From positions 7,960 through 71,959 of IMG/VR virus record IMGVR_UViG_3300037962_000518: a stretch of DNA of 64,000 nucleotides; one strand, given 5' to 3'. The position numbers were made by a program, and so were the translations under genes. The stretch comes from a virus. Taxonomy: Duplodnaviria > Heunggongvirae > Uroviricota > Caudoviricetes. Below the pieces are notes generated by a model. It ran no database searches and was not told the DNA's origin. It saw only the letters and a list, made by a program, of their open reading frames with translations. Positions 37,448 through 46,921 of this stretch are shown piece after piece; position 1 is the stretch's first letter, and the number at the start of each line of letters is the position of its first letter.

Positions 37448-38087
37448 TCTTGATAATCTCCTTAGCTAATTCAAGTAATCTTTGTGTATAACTTATTGTA
37501 CCTTTAAATCCGATATCCGTATATTCTTCAAAGGTTAAACTTTCAGCAACATTAAATTCGGAATAAGGTCTTACTTTATACTCTGGGAAGTATTTCTTCT
37601 GCTTTTCAACATGTATTTCTTTGGCAGAGTAATCATCTTTGATATAAAGTGTTTTATTAATGATACTAATAAGCGCTTCATTTGTTGGGATAACATCACC
37701 ACCTTTCCACCAAAACTTACAGATACTTACACCGAAATGATAAACTACACTATTGAAAGTTGGCTCTCTCATAACCATGATTTGAACCTTTTCACCTTTA
37801 TATTCCATTTCATAAATACGGAAAAGGTGTTCCATAATACCATAATCTTCCCACTTTTCAAAGGAGAAGGCAACATGCTTAACACCTAAGCCTAGCCTCT
37901 TAAATCGTAATTCAGTTCTGAACATTGTCTCGTCAGGTATGTAAATATAGAAGTCCAAATCATTAGCTAACTTATTGAAGAACCAATTCCTAGGTGCTCC
38001 ACCTGCCAAAATACAATTAGGGTCTATAATTTCTAAACTGTGCAATATTTCTCTTGCTATTTTCTGTTGATTACTAATCTTGTTCAT
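37434..38087 (-). CDS. Minimal nucleotidyltransferase (pol-beta superfamily; poly(A)-polymerase/CCA-enzyme head-like)
   Basis: ILAGGAPRNWFFNKLANDLDFYIYI fits the NTase hG[GS]x9-13DhDh signature, with a GGxxR head motif like class II CCA/PAP enzymes. At 217 aa it is too short for a full CCA enzyme. Confidence 0.5.
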   Translation of the reverse strand: MNKISNQQKIAREILHSLEIIDPNCILAGGAPRNWFFNKLANDLDFYIYIPDETMFRTELRFKRLGLGVKHVAFSFEKWEDYGIMEHLFRIYEMEYKGEKVQIMVMREPTFNSVVYHFGVSICKFWWKGGDVIPTNEALISIINKTLYIKDDYSAKEIHVEKQKKYFPEYKVRPYSEFNVAESLTFEEYTDIGFKGTISYTQRLLELAKEIIKNEQD

Positions 38088-38316
38088 ATAAGTCCCTCAA
38101 CTCCTCATAACAACCACCTTGCTCATTGATAATATCAACGGCAATATCAAACTCTTTATACATATCGTGCAGCTCAACCACTAAAGCATGGATAAGATTA
38201 TCACCAACTAAGTCTTCTTTTCTCCAAGGTTCTCCATACCTATCACAAGAGATTTCCCCGTTGTTATAATGGATTGTGTATTTATCGTTTTCTAAGTTTA
38301 TGGTAAAATTGCTCAT
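38074..38316 (-). CDS. Hypothetical acidic protein (80 aa)
   Basis: ORF. Confidence 0.45.
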   Translation of the reverse strand: MSNFTINLENDKYTIHYNNGEISCDRYGEPWRKEDLVGDNLIHALVVELHDMYKEFDIAVDIINEQGGCYEELRDLYEQD

Positions 38317-38678
38317 AAATAATCCTCACACTCCAAATATGTCACTTTCTTACCAATAAGTTCAGCATATTTAATCTCATCTGTAATACCCTGAGATAAT
38401 GTCCAATTACCCCAGCTATCTACCATCATAAGAACATACACCTCTTGACAATGGTCTATCGCATTACGGTCAATATTCTGCCAGAAAGAATAAGTCTTTG
38501 GTAAATCATAATCCTTGCTCATCTGATGACAATGTAAAATAGGACTATATGGAAACTTACCTTCCAATAATAAATCCTTCACACGTTTCATAGTGTACGC
38601 AACTCTTTTCTCAAGGAGTACACTAGGGCAAGGGCATTTATCCATACCATTGGAATATAGCGAAGCAATATAAATCAT
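38313..38678 (-). CDS. DUF1937-family protein (nucleoside 2-deoxyribosyltransferase-like fold)
   Basis: MIYIASLYS...FPYSPILHCHQM...YSFWQ...DHCQEVYVLMMVDSWGNWTLSQGITDEIKYAELIGKKV matches my recollection of the DUF1937 consensus (IYIAGPYS...SPI.HSH...FW...CD...L.GWE.S.G...E...A...G.PV). Confidence 0.5.
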   Translation of the reverse strand: MIYIASLYSNGMDKCPCPSVLLEKRVAYTMKRVKDLLLEGKFPYSPILHCHQMSKDYDLPKTYSFWQNIDRNAIDHCQEVYVLMMVDSWGNWTLSQGITDEIKYAELIGKKVTYLECEDYL

Positions 38679-39646
38679 TATAGTTTCACCCCATATTCTT
38701 CTTCAATGTAAGATAGTATTTGTTCTCCATATAAATTTTCAAAAGTTTTATATTTATCTGAGTCTTTCATTATATCACCTCCTAAACCACTAGCTAACTT
38801 CTTTACACTAACATTGTTATCCTTTTTGAATTTCTTGTAATCACTGTTAGCTCTTAAGCTGCCTTTATGAAATACAAAAGTAAAAGGGAGTCCTGAGCTA
38901 TATCTGTCTCTAACAGTATAATGATCTAACCCTAACATGTCTAAAATATATCTTAAAGGTACTTCCTTTGATAGGATAGCTACTTTTACAGTGATACTTC
39001 TGTTATTCATATTTACTTTTCTAGAAACCCACCTGCAATTTTCTTTACAGTAATCTCCATCAGTATCTATTCTATCTAACTGGTAATCTGCATCAGGTTT
39101 TGTCCCCATATCATCCAAGAAATTACTAAAACCTTCTTCTCCTGATAGCAACCACCTATCACATGCTGATATGTTTTTATCCCAGTAAGACTTTCTATTA
39201 ACAGAATTAAAGTATTTACACCTCCTTAACATGGATTTATATGAGTTGTATTCTGCCTTATACACCTTCTTTATACAATTAACATCCTCAAGATAACTCT
39301 TACAACCGCAACTCTTATCATGTCCTGTTGTAAGATTTACTTTAGTTATGTACTTAACTGTTCCGCAGGAACATAAACACTGTAGTTTGTAAGGCGAACT
39401 TTCTGATACTCCTACCACAGTAAGATCTGTGAAATTCTTCCCTATAAAACTTTCAAGATGCTCTGCCTTCTGTCTGGAAACTTCTTTATGGTCCACCACA
39501 AGACCTTTACTACAAGGGAATGATTTTACATTCTCCATATTACCCGTGTTGATGAATTCTATATCTATATCTTTACATCCGTTATACCTCTTTACTACGT
39601 ACTCACCGTACCTGTCAGAATAAAACTTATCTCCTACTTCAATCAC
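38678..39646 (-). CDS. HNH homing endonuclease
   Basis: YNSYKSMLRRCKY...CDRW shared N-module, plus QLDRIDTDGDYCKENCRWVSRKVNMNNR (HNH_3-type motif). Confidence 0.6.
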   Translation of the reverse strand: MIEVGDKFYSDRYGEYVVKRYNGCKDIDIEFINTGNMENVKSFPCSKGLVVDHKEVSRQKAEHLESFIGKNFTDLTVVGVSESSPYKLQCLCSCGTVKYITKVNLTTGHDKSCGCKSYLEDVNCIKKVYKAEYNSYKSMLRRCKYFNSVNRKSYWDKNISACDRWLLSGEEGFSNFLDDMGTKPDADYQLDRIDTDGDYCKENCRWVSRKVNMNNRSITVKVAILSKEVPLRYILDMLGLDHYTVRDRYSSGLPFTFVFHKGSLRANSDYKKFKKDNNVSVKKLASGLGGDIMKDSDKYKTFENLYGEQILSYIEEEYGVKL

Positions 39647-40821
39647 TTCAGTTCCACTCCCCTAATTTCTGCTAAACGTTTAATCTGACCATGAATAGCT
39701 TTAATCTCACGTTCTTCCTCATGTTTGGTTTTATACCTACTACACGTTTTTAGGATATGAAAAATTACACCAGAATTATCTTTTTCTCCGAGTTTCCATT
39801 GGTCTGCTACAAAATAAGGATCAATCTTAATCACGCCATTCTCAATATCATTTTCCGTCAACGTATAATTGAAATCATAATGTTTATCTGTCCACTCTGT
39901 TGTAGGTATCACTTCTTTTAATAAAGTTTCTTTCTTTTCTTCCTTAGTACCCTCTAACTTTGTACGTTTTGTAGTATCTAAAGAGCTTATCGTACTAGAA
40001 AATTCTTCTGCAAAATCATTAATCTCTACAATATTTTCATCTTCTACAGAATACTCTCCATAATTACTCTCCACCCAATCAACCTCTTCTCTTCGGTATA
40101 TGACTCTATTCGCACAATTGTATTCTGCCCAATAGTAATACTTCCCACAAGATGATTTATACATCCATAAACAACCTTGATCACTGTTAAACATCTTAGC
40201 AGGTAATCTATCTGTGCAACGTAGATATTTTTTATAAGAGATATCTTTTACTGGGTTGTAAAGGTCGTCTTTTAGCTTCTCTACTGGATAGAAATACTCA
40301 CCAACACCATACAAATCCCAATAGTGGTTGTCACCAGATTCATCAATAAAACTTAATTCTTCTCCACTAAGAGTATCTATCTTATAAGTGTTACCCTTTT
40401 TACAGAATAAACTTTTATCCTTATGCATATAACCGTCTTTGTGAGCAACTAAATCTTTACCCTCTAACTGTTCATATGTGTACGAAAGTGGGTGTGATGT
40501 CTCTGTTGCAACATCATGAATACTCTTACTCTTGTACACCTCACTAAAAACTTCCTTTGCGTCATTGTACGCTAAGGTGCTCATAGTGTTACAAAGTTGG
40601 GTAGCTTTAATAAAATCTACAATATCCTGTACACTCTTAAACTTCGCTGCATGATAATCATTAATCTCAATATCAAATTCTTCTTCCAAAGCCATAATGG
40701 TTTCAATTTCATCAAGAGAATCCATTCCTAAAGATTCTTTTGTAGACTTTAGTAGAACTTCTCCTTTTGGTAAACCAAGTTGCTCTTCTAAAATTGCAAT
40801 CACTTTTTCTTGTACATTCAT
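39643..40821 (-). CDS. Protein with N-terminal acyl-carrier-protein (phosphopantetheine-binding) domain fused to an unknown ~310-aa domain
   Basis: Residues 1-75, KVIAILEEQLGLPKGEV...SLGMDSLDEIETIMALEEEFDIEI, carry the canonical ACP DSL serine motif. The remainder has no recognisable motif. Confidence 0.55.
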   Translation of the reverse strand: MNVQEKVIAILEEQLGLPKGEVLLKSTKESLGMDSLDEIETIMALEEEFDIEINDYHAAKFKSVQDIVDFIKATQLCNTMSTLAYNDAKEVFSEVYKSKSIHDVATETSHPLSYTYEQLEGKDLVAHKDGYMHKDKSLFCKKGNTYKIDTLSGEELSFIDESGDNHYWDLYGVGEYFYPVEKLKDDLYNPVKDISYKKYLRCTDRLPAKMFNSDQGCLWMYKSSCGKYYYWAEYNCANRVIYRREEVDWVESNYGEYSVEDENIVEINDFAEEFSSTISSLDTTKRTKLEGTKEEKKETLLKEVIPTTEWTDKHYDFNYTLTENDIENGVIKIDPYFVADQWKLGEKDNSGVIFHILKTCSRYKTKHEEEREIKAIHGQIKRLAEIRGVELK

Positions 40822-40831
40822 AATATTCTCC

Positions 40832-42205
40832 TTATTTAATTCTCACTTTGTCTAAAATGTCTTCATACGAATCAGGCTCCACTTTATCATAACGTGGACG
40901 TTTGTAAATAGGTAAGAATAAACTTTTCTGTTTAGTTTTCTTATCTTCTGTGATTGAATCATATTCTACTTCAACAATCTCTGGAAGATTATCTGGTAAG
41001 TTAAATCTATCTTCGTCAGAGAAACCACTACCTACATTAACCTTGATAGTACCACAACTTGATTCACAATGTAAACCTCCTAGAAAGCTTTCATATTTTG
41101 TACCAACCTCTCCTTTATACCAACCAACCACTTTTAGGTCAGCAGGATCTTTCCGTTTTAATTTTATACACCAAGAAGGTTTACCAACATCTTTCCACGG
41201 GCTTTCCATATTTTTACAGATAGCACCTTCCATCCCATCTTTAACATAACCTTCAAATACTTCAAATGCCTCATCAACAGTAACATTCTCTTGGCGAGGG
41301 ATCAATAAAATACGGCTAGTGATTCTATTTTCTACGCACCAGCCATTGTAGCTTTCAACCATTGATTCCAACAGTTCTCTACGCTCCTTATTAGTGAGAG
41401 GATATTCTCCTTTTGGTTCATAATAACTAGTATCAATACAATCCCACACTTGATAATAAACGTTATCTAGATGTTCTGAACTGGCAGTACCTTTTACGAT
41501 TCGTGTAATATGACCATTACCTTCTTCACGAGTAGCCTTTGTAGGATCATAAATAAGTTCACCTTCTAAAGCAAATCCATCAAACTCCCCGCAACACAGA
41601 TGTTCTTGTAAAGAAGGGATAATTAGTTCATTACCATTACGAGTCATCATTGTACTTGTTTCACCGCAAACACTAGCAGCATACGTACCGTCAGATTTCA
41701 ACTCTACAGCCAAATTCTTAAACTTCTTCATACGCTCTAATGATTTCTCGTTCATTGAACATGCACCCATTCGAGGCGTTACGGGAATTAAACCTTTCCA
41801 GACTTTATTAGCTAAAGATTTTCCTGTATTACAACGCAAATCCTTCTTTAGGATACGAATAAATAGTTCCGAAGTATCGCTTTCGACTTGCGACAAATAA
41901 AAACTAATTGCAGATTGAGCATTATTACCGCTTAATTCTCTAGTACGTAATTTATTTAATAAGTCAAACATATACTCAAAAGTATTCATCTGCACGTTGT
42001 AAATAGAGTTTACGGTATAGTCTGGTACATTCTTAACACCAAAGTTGATAGTTGTGCTGTATGTCAATCGGAATACTTCTTTAAGCTTTTCATTACCAAC
42101 TTCACGCTTCAAAATAGCAAGCTTATCATTACTACTAGGGGTGATTTCCAACTCTTTAATAATATCTAAAACTGATTTAACACTCATACAAATTCTCCCC
42201 AACAA
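40832..42205 (-). CDS. ATP-dependent DNA ligase
   Basis: Adenylation motif I ELKSDGTYAAS (KxDG), followed by a nucleotidyltransferase and OB-like region of appropriate length (457 aa). Confidence 0.7.
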   Translation of the reverse strand: MLGRICMSVKSVLDIIKELEITPSSNDKLAILKREVGNEKLKEVFRLTYSTTINFGVKNVPDYTVNSIYNVQMNTFEYMFDLLNKLRTRELSGNNAQSAISFYLSQVESDTSELFIRILKKDLRCNTGKSLANKVWKGLIPVTPRMGACSMNEKSLERMKKFKNLAVELKSDGTYAASVCGETSTMMTRNGNELIIPSLQEHLCCGEFDGFALEGELIYDPTKATREEGNGHITRIVKGTASSEHLDNVYYQVWDCIDTSYYEPKGEYPLTNKERRELLESMVESYNGWCVENRITSRILLIPRQENVTVDEAFEVFEGYVKDGMEGAICKNMESPWKDVGKPSWCIKLKRKDPADLKVVGWYKGEVGTKYESFLGGLHCESSCGTIKVNVGSGFSDEDRFNLPDNLPEIVEVEYDSITEDKKTKQKSLFLPIYKRPRYDKVEPDSYEDILDKVRIK

Positions 42206-42423
42206 TTAATATCCTCACCACTATCTCCATAACACAAAGTTTCAAATTCAGCTTCATCGCAACGTCCCAATGATGCCCAAGTAGGAAATTTATAAGCAGG
42301 GACATCTTTTGTACGAATACCTCTTTCATGAAACTTCTCCACCTTATAAAAGTCTGTTGTTTTGGCAATATTACTACGTTGTAATAAACGTTTTCCAAAT
42401 GTTAAACCATTCTTATTTTTCAC
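42184..42423 (-). CDS. Hypothetical protein (79 aa), GTG start
   Basis: AAGGAGAAG RBS 6 nt upstream of GTG. Preferred over the overlapping 73-aa ORF in another frame. Confidence 0.45.
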   Translation of the reverse strand: MKNKNGLTFGKRLLQRSNIAKTTDFYKVEKFHERGIRTKDVPAYKFPTWASLGRCDEAEFETLCYGDSGEDINCWGEFV

Positions 42424-42460
42424 TAACCACTTCTCCTTAAATTAATTCCTTCATAAATCT

Positions 42461-42913
42461 TTACTCTACATACTCTTCTGCATACTCTAGGAAATCCCAA
42501 TCCCCTACATAAACACCATCTACAGCCTCTTGGAAGGACACAGGAAGCTTTTCATAACATTGTAGTACATTGGCTTCAATATCATCTACAATGCTGTCAG
42601 AATGTCTCCCACGAGGTTTGTAGAATGGTAATTCTTGGAAGAAACGTAATTCTATAATCTTATTCTGATAGTCAGTGTATAACTCTACATTAAAGTTTTC
42701 TCCTTGTAAAGCATATTCGTATTCCCACCAAAGTTCCATATCTTGAAGAAGTATTATACACATTTCAAATTGGAATACAACACTCGCATTACCACATTCT
42801 AAAACAGGCGGCTCTTGAAGCTTACGTTTCCTGTGTGACATTTTAGTAAACTTTCTTGGGTAATCCACTTTCTTCACAATGATTGGGATATCTTTTAAAT
42901 AATATTCACTCAT
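42461..42913 (-). CDS. Hypothetical protein (150 aa)
   Basis: ORF. Confidence 0.5.
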   Translation of the reverse strand: MSEYYLKDIPIIVKKVDYPRKFTKMSHRKRKLQEPPVLECGNASVVFQFEMCIILLQDMELWWEYEYALQGENFNVELYTDYQNKIIELRFFQELPFYKPRGRHSDSIVDDIEANVLQCYEKLPVSFQEAVDGVYVGDWDFLEYAEEYVE

Positions 42914-43119
42914 ACGATAGTCTCCTCTTTCAGAATTTCAAACTTTTCAATTTTAACATATCCTTCTGGAACTTCCATCTTAGAAGCTTTCTCATAAGAT
43001 AACTTCTTCACCTCTCCATAAGTAGTCTCTTCTGCCAATACTTCAATATCTAAAAAGAATGGTGATGGGTGGAAATGCCACGGAGCTTCAAATGTAATTC
43101 TTGTATAATATATTTTCAT
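42910..43119 (-). CDS. Hypothetical protein (69 aa)
   Basis: ORF. Confidence 0.45.
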   Translation of the reverse strand: MKIYYTRITFEAPWHFHPSPFFLDIEVLAEETTYGEVKKLSYEKASKMEVPEGYVKIEKFEILKEETIV

Positions 43120-43121
43120 AA

Positions 43122-43613
43122 CTAATCCTCTTTATCAAAATTTTCTGGATGTTTCAATGCTTCTAATAGCTCCTTGAAAGTATCTTCTTCTAAAGATTGT
43201 AAATTTACTTTAAGATTATACTCTGCTTCAAGTTGTTCTAGAAGAATTATTTGCTCTGCTAAGAATCTTTCATAACCCTTGAGCAACACTTTACCATCTT
43301 GTTTTGACACAAGCAAGTTTTTATAATTATTATTTAGATTATACATCTCAATTTCTAAAGCTATGACAAATTCTCTTTGAACAGCTAATACTTCATCAAC
43401 ACCCTTCTTTATATCAGCGTCGATTTTGATCCAATTGTAATTTTCAGACGGATCTATTTTGTGACAAGAGTACATTAAGTACCAAGGTTTTTCTAAGTAG
43501 AATATTTTTGAAGAGGACTCTTCGATGGAATATGACTGTATTCGAAAGGATATGATTCTGATAAGAACCATTAACAGTGGAAATGATAATATTGTGTAAA
43601 TAATGTTTTGCAT
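43122..43613 (-). CDS. Hypothetical protein with N-terminal TM anchor (163 aa); first gene of the leftward block
   Basis: ORF with GGGGAGA RBS; the promoter lies just upstream. Confidence 0.5.
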   Translation of the reverse strand: MQNIIYTILSFPLLMVLIRIISFRIQSYSIEESSSKIFYLEKPWYLMYSCHKIDPSENYNWIKIDADIKKGVDEVLAVQREFVIALEIEMYNLNNNYKNLLVSKQDGKVLLKGYERFLAEQIILLEQLEAEYNLKVNLQSLEEDTFKELLEALKHPENFDKED

Positions 43614-43646
43614 GAAAGGATTCTCCCCATAAATTAATATGAGGAG

Positions 43647-43675
43647 AGTGTAGGATGTTTTGAAAGGATTGTCAA
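43647..43675 (-). promoter_or_regulatory. Leftward promoter TTGACA-N17-TACACT
   Basis: Seen on the minus strand upstream of the 43613 gene. Confidence 0.45.
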
Positions 43676-43775
43676 TAGAAGGGAGTAAATAATTGTTATG
43701 TTCGTTAGTAGTGCAGATAAACCAAGATTAATGATAAAATAATCTATATTTATTTAAAAATACAACTGGTCGGAT

Positions 43776-43803
43776 TTGTTGTTTTAAAATTTTAGGTTAT
43801 ATT
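43776..43803 (+). promoter_or_regulatory. Rightward promoter (TTTGTT/TTGTTG - TATATT)
   Basis: -35-like and TATATT elements ~30 nt upstream of the 43836 gene; weaker match. Confidence 0.3.
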
Positions 43804-43835
43804 TTAATTTCAAAATTAATAAACGGAGAGTAAAA

Positions 43836-44279
43836 ATGTTAGAAAATAAATTGAGTGAAGTAGTTTCAAGAATCCAAAAACTTAAAGATAATGGTATTAC
43901 AGTTGAGTTTACAAATTCACGCCCATTTAAAGTGCCTAAAGATCATTTTGTCGCGTGTGGCTCCTTTGAATTGAGAAAGCCATTACTTATAATTTCTAAA
44001 TTTGATAGTGATGATGAGGTTATAGGTAGTATATCTAATTGTGAGGAGGCTCTTGAAAAGTATTATGAAGACGTGAGAATTCAAAGTAATTCACTATTCT
44101 CAAAGATTAAGAGCGCTTTTGAGCAGAGTTCTGACCATACCCCAAAAGGGGTTTGTTTACTGGAGTCAGGAAACTGTACGGCATCACATGATAATGTTTT
44201 TATGTACAATTGTGATGGGATAAAATCTTATGCTGATAATCAAGTTTGGATTGACAACAAACTAATCGGGTATAAATAG
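43836..44279 (+). CDS. Hypothetical protein (147 aa)
   Basis: ORF with GGAGAG RBS; isolated rightward gene. Confidence 0.5.
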   Translation: MLENKLSEVVSRIQKLKDNGITVEFTNSRPFKVPKDHFVACGSFELRKPLLIISKFDSDDEVIGSISNCEEALEKYYEDVRIQSNSLFSKIKSAFEQSSDHTPKGVCLLESGNCTASHDNVFMYNCDGIKSYADNQVWIDNKLIGYK

Positions 44280-44291
44280 AGTTGATAAAAG

Positions 44292-44315
44292 AAACCCGCT
44301 TTAATTAGCGGGTTT
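44292..44315. terminator. Bidirectional intrinsic terminator
   Basis: AAACCCGCT-ttaatt-AGCGGGTTT perfect 9-bp hairpin between convergent genes. Confidence 0.65.
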
Positions 44316-44347
44316 AATTAGCAATCTATAACAAAAGTGGCAGTATT

Positions 44348-46669
44348 CTAAATGGAGTCAACTATGACCAACTCATCAAATATGCTTAGGCCAAAGTCCC
44401 AGTTTTCACCAGTAACACCCGTCACCTCGAACTTAACAGCGTCTATAGTTTCAGGTTTGATCGTGAAGGTTGGCTTTGTTGCTGTTGATGCGAACTTTTC
44501 AGTAACTTCGTTTAAGTCAATAGTTACAGATGTACCAGCACCACCTTTTGACACCACCAAAAATATATCCCAAACAACTCTATCACTAATACCAGAACCT
44601 ATAGAGCGCTTTGCAGTTAGGTTTCCGCGGATTGTCACGGTAGACTTCTCAGGTATAAAGTGTGTAGTGCCAGACCCGCCATCAGGTGTTAATCTTTTAA
44701 CCTCTGCCCCGACTGTCTTTTGTCTTAAAATATTTGTAGCGCGCTGGCAGTCGCCTTGCGCTCTAAGTTGACCGTTGCCAGTTATTTTCTCACCAGTGTT
44801 ATAAGACTTTATATTTTGACCGTGCGCTGATGTTTGATTGTGAGTTAATAAGTTACCTGCACCAGCTAGTATAACGCTTTCCTCTGATTCTACAGAATTA
44901 GAGATACCTGATATGATAGCGCTTTTGTTACCAGTTACAGAGTTGTTATTGCCAGTGATAATTGCGCTGTAATCTCCTTCAATGTTGCTTATTTCAGCAT
45001 TTAATATTGTAGCAAAATCACAATCCGTTATCGTTGAATTCTTGCCAAAGCAAAAAACTTGCTGTCTTGGTGTTATTTCTGTTGCAGAATTGCCTTGACC
45101 CGCAACGAAAGAGTATGCCACGCCAACGTCATTTTGATAACCAAAGCCAATACTGTAGTTTCTTCTTACTGTGTTTTTGTATCCTCCAGCTATGCCGTGA
45201 CTTCCAGTTATTGAGCAGTTAAAACCGCCAACGATAGCTGAATATAGATTTTTTATTGAGTGGTTTGAACCACCAGAAATTACAGAATATCCGCCGTAAA
45301 TTGTTGAACTTACCCCAGAAATATTGTTATTTCTACCAGAAAGTATGGCAGCAGAAAAATCGTTAACTGCTGGATTTCCAGACTGGTAAGTTGAGCCATC
45401 GATAGTATTGCTAGAGCCACCAATACACGAAAAGGATGCATCAGTTATTGTGCTGTGTGTACCGCTCCAAATTGCTGAATAATTACTTTGACCTAAAATC
45501 GAGTTATAAGAGCCACCAGCAATTAAAGAGTGGCCTTCAACCGTATCAATTACAGAATGAGCACCGCCCGCAATTGTGGACGCTTGACAGTTAATTTCAT
45601 TGTCATAACCCCCACCGATTGTCGAAACTATAGCTCTTCCATCGCCGTCCTCGCCAATACGGTTAAGTGTTGACTCTGTAGTACCACCGCCACCTCCTAT
45701 CGTAGAGCCACTGGTTGTCGGGTCAATTCTATTTCCTATGCCACCGTTTATCAGATTTGGTTGTGTAACGCTACTACTTGATGCGTTAGTACGCTGAGAA
45801 ACCGAAACCCTAAAAAATAGAGACGGATTATCGCTAGGTATCGTGCCACCTATTACTTGGTATGAAGTCGGCGCGTTTCTGTAGCCCCATAAAGTACCGT
45901 CAACATCAATCCCAACATCACCTACTAAATTGTAAGTAAAGCCTTTCGCAAAGAATCCAAAGTTCCCACTCAACCCTTGTGCTATCAAAGTTGCTTTCAA
46001 AGCATCGTAAGTATCTTGCGCAGTACTGCCATCATCATTGGAAATATTCTCTGCAACATTCGCTAATCTTTTACTATAATTAGGTTCGCTTGGGACAGTA
46101 TTTTGTGCAGCAGTATATGGTAAGCTTCCTGTCCAAGACCAGTATTCTCCATTAGCGTCTCTAGCAACATCATTAGGAAAATTGAAAGTAACTCCACCAA
46201 CGTCACTGAAACTACCTACTGGATTAGGTTGACCATCTCTTGCAAAAGCTTGTGTGAAATCTCCTGTGGTAGGATCAGTATCTTCTGCAACAGTTACTGG
46301 ATATGGATCAGTACCAGAGTACTTCCAGAAAGTGCCATCATTTGCAATACCAACATCATTTGCACTAGTGAAATCAAACCCGTATCTAAAACTACCGACA
46401 GGAGTACCTACTAAGAATGCATTACTAATACGTTTAATAGCTTCAAGTTGATCACTCTCTACCGCATTGTCAGGAGTACCACTTGGAACAATACCTGCTA
46501 ATCTTAGATAGGCTTGTTTATTACCTTCAAAATCATTAAACCATTTCTCATCAAATGGAGTACCTGTGTTTGGCACACTGCCTAGTCTATTTTGACCTTT
46601 ACCCCAAGGATAATTAGGATCAGTAAGGTCAACTCTCCCAACATAATCATTTTTTAAAATACTACTCAT
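44348..46669 (-). CDS. Repeat-rich beta-helix protein, putative tail fibre / receptor-binding or depolymerase-like (773 aa)
   Basis: Central region has tens of S/T-x-I-x-GG-x-x-N-type repeats (for example STIAGGAHSVID, SLIAGGSYNSIL, SAIVGGFNCSIT) typical of a right-handed beta-helix. The N-terminal NYPWGKGQNRLG...TPFDEKWFND resembles fibre N-termini. Confidence 0.45.
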   Translation of the reverse strand: MSSILKNDYVGRVDLTDPNYPWGKGQNRLGSVPNTGTPFDEKWFNDFEGNKQAYLRLAGIVPSGTPDNAVESDQLEAIKRISNAFLVGTPVGSFRYGFDFTSANDVGIANDGTFWKYSGTDPYPVTVAEDTDPTTGDFTQAFARDGQPNPVGSFSDVGGVTFNFPNDVARDANGEYWSWTGSLPYTAAQNTVPSEPNYSKRLANVAENISNDDGSTAQDTYDALKATLIAQGLSGNFGFFAKGFTYNLVGDVGIDVDGTLWGYRNAPTSYQVIGGTIPSDNPSLFFRVSVSQRTNASSSSVTQPNLINGGIGNRIDPTTSGSTIGGGGGTTESTLNRIGEDGDGRAIVSTIGGGYDNEINCQASTIAGGAHSVIDTVEGHSLIAGGSYNSILGQSNYSAIWSGTHSTITDASFSCIGGSSNTIDGSTYQSGNPAVNDFSAAILSGRNNNISGVSSTIYGGYSVISGGSNHSIKNLYSAIVGGFNCSITGSHGIAGGYKNTVRRNYSIGFGYQNDVGVAYSFVAGQGNSATEITPRQQVFCFGKNSTITDCDFATILNAEISNIEGDYSAIITGNNNSVTGNKSAIISGISNSVESEESVILAGAGNLLTHNQTSAHGQNIKSYNTGEKITGNGQLRAQGDCQRATNILRQKTVGAEVKRLTPDGGSGTTHFIPEKSTVTIRGNLTAKRSIGSGISDRVVWDIFLVVSKGGAGTSVTIDLNEVTEKFASTATKPTFTIKPETIDAVKFEVTGVTGENWDFGLSIFDELVIVDSI

Positions 46670-46917
46670 TTACCATTTTCCTCTTTATTCTCTTTATTCC
46701 TTGCAAAATCATAAACAAATTTATAACTTGCAGATATGCTTGCAAAGATACCGCTGATAGCAACTCCTGCCCCAGTACCTAGTGCTGTTAATTCTTCTAT
46801 ACCAAATGCTGTTATCCACATAGTTATTTCATAAAACATCCATGAAATGAAGATACATGCTGATAAAGAAAATACTCTATACTCTTTAATTTTATCTGAA
46901 AAATTCTTATCGCTCAT
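46666..46917 (-). CDS. Small membrane protein (83 aa, 2 TM)
   Basis: Two hydrophobic helices; ATGA overlap with the downstream 773-aa gene. Confidence 0.5.
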   Translation of the reverse strand: MSDKNFSDKIKEYRVFSLSACIFISWMFYEITMWITAFGIEELTALGTGAGVAISGIFASISASYKFVYDFARNKENKEENGK

Positions 46918-46921
46918 AAAG

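Noticed and set aside
42177-42398. 73-aa minus-strand ORF overlapping the 79-aa ORF 42184..42423
   Set aside because: It lies in a different frame of the same stretch. The 79-aa frame has an AAGGAGAAG RBS with GTG start and a protein-like charged composition, whereas the 73-aa frame is hydrophobic low complexity without an RBS.
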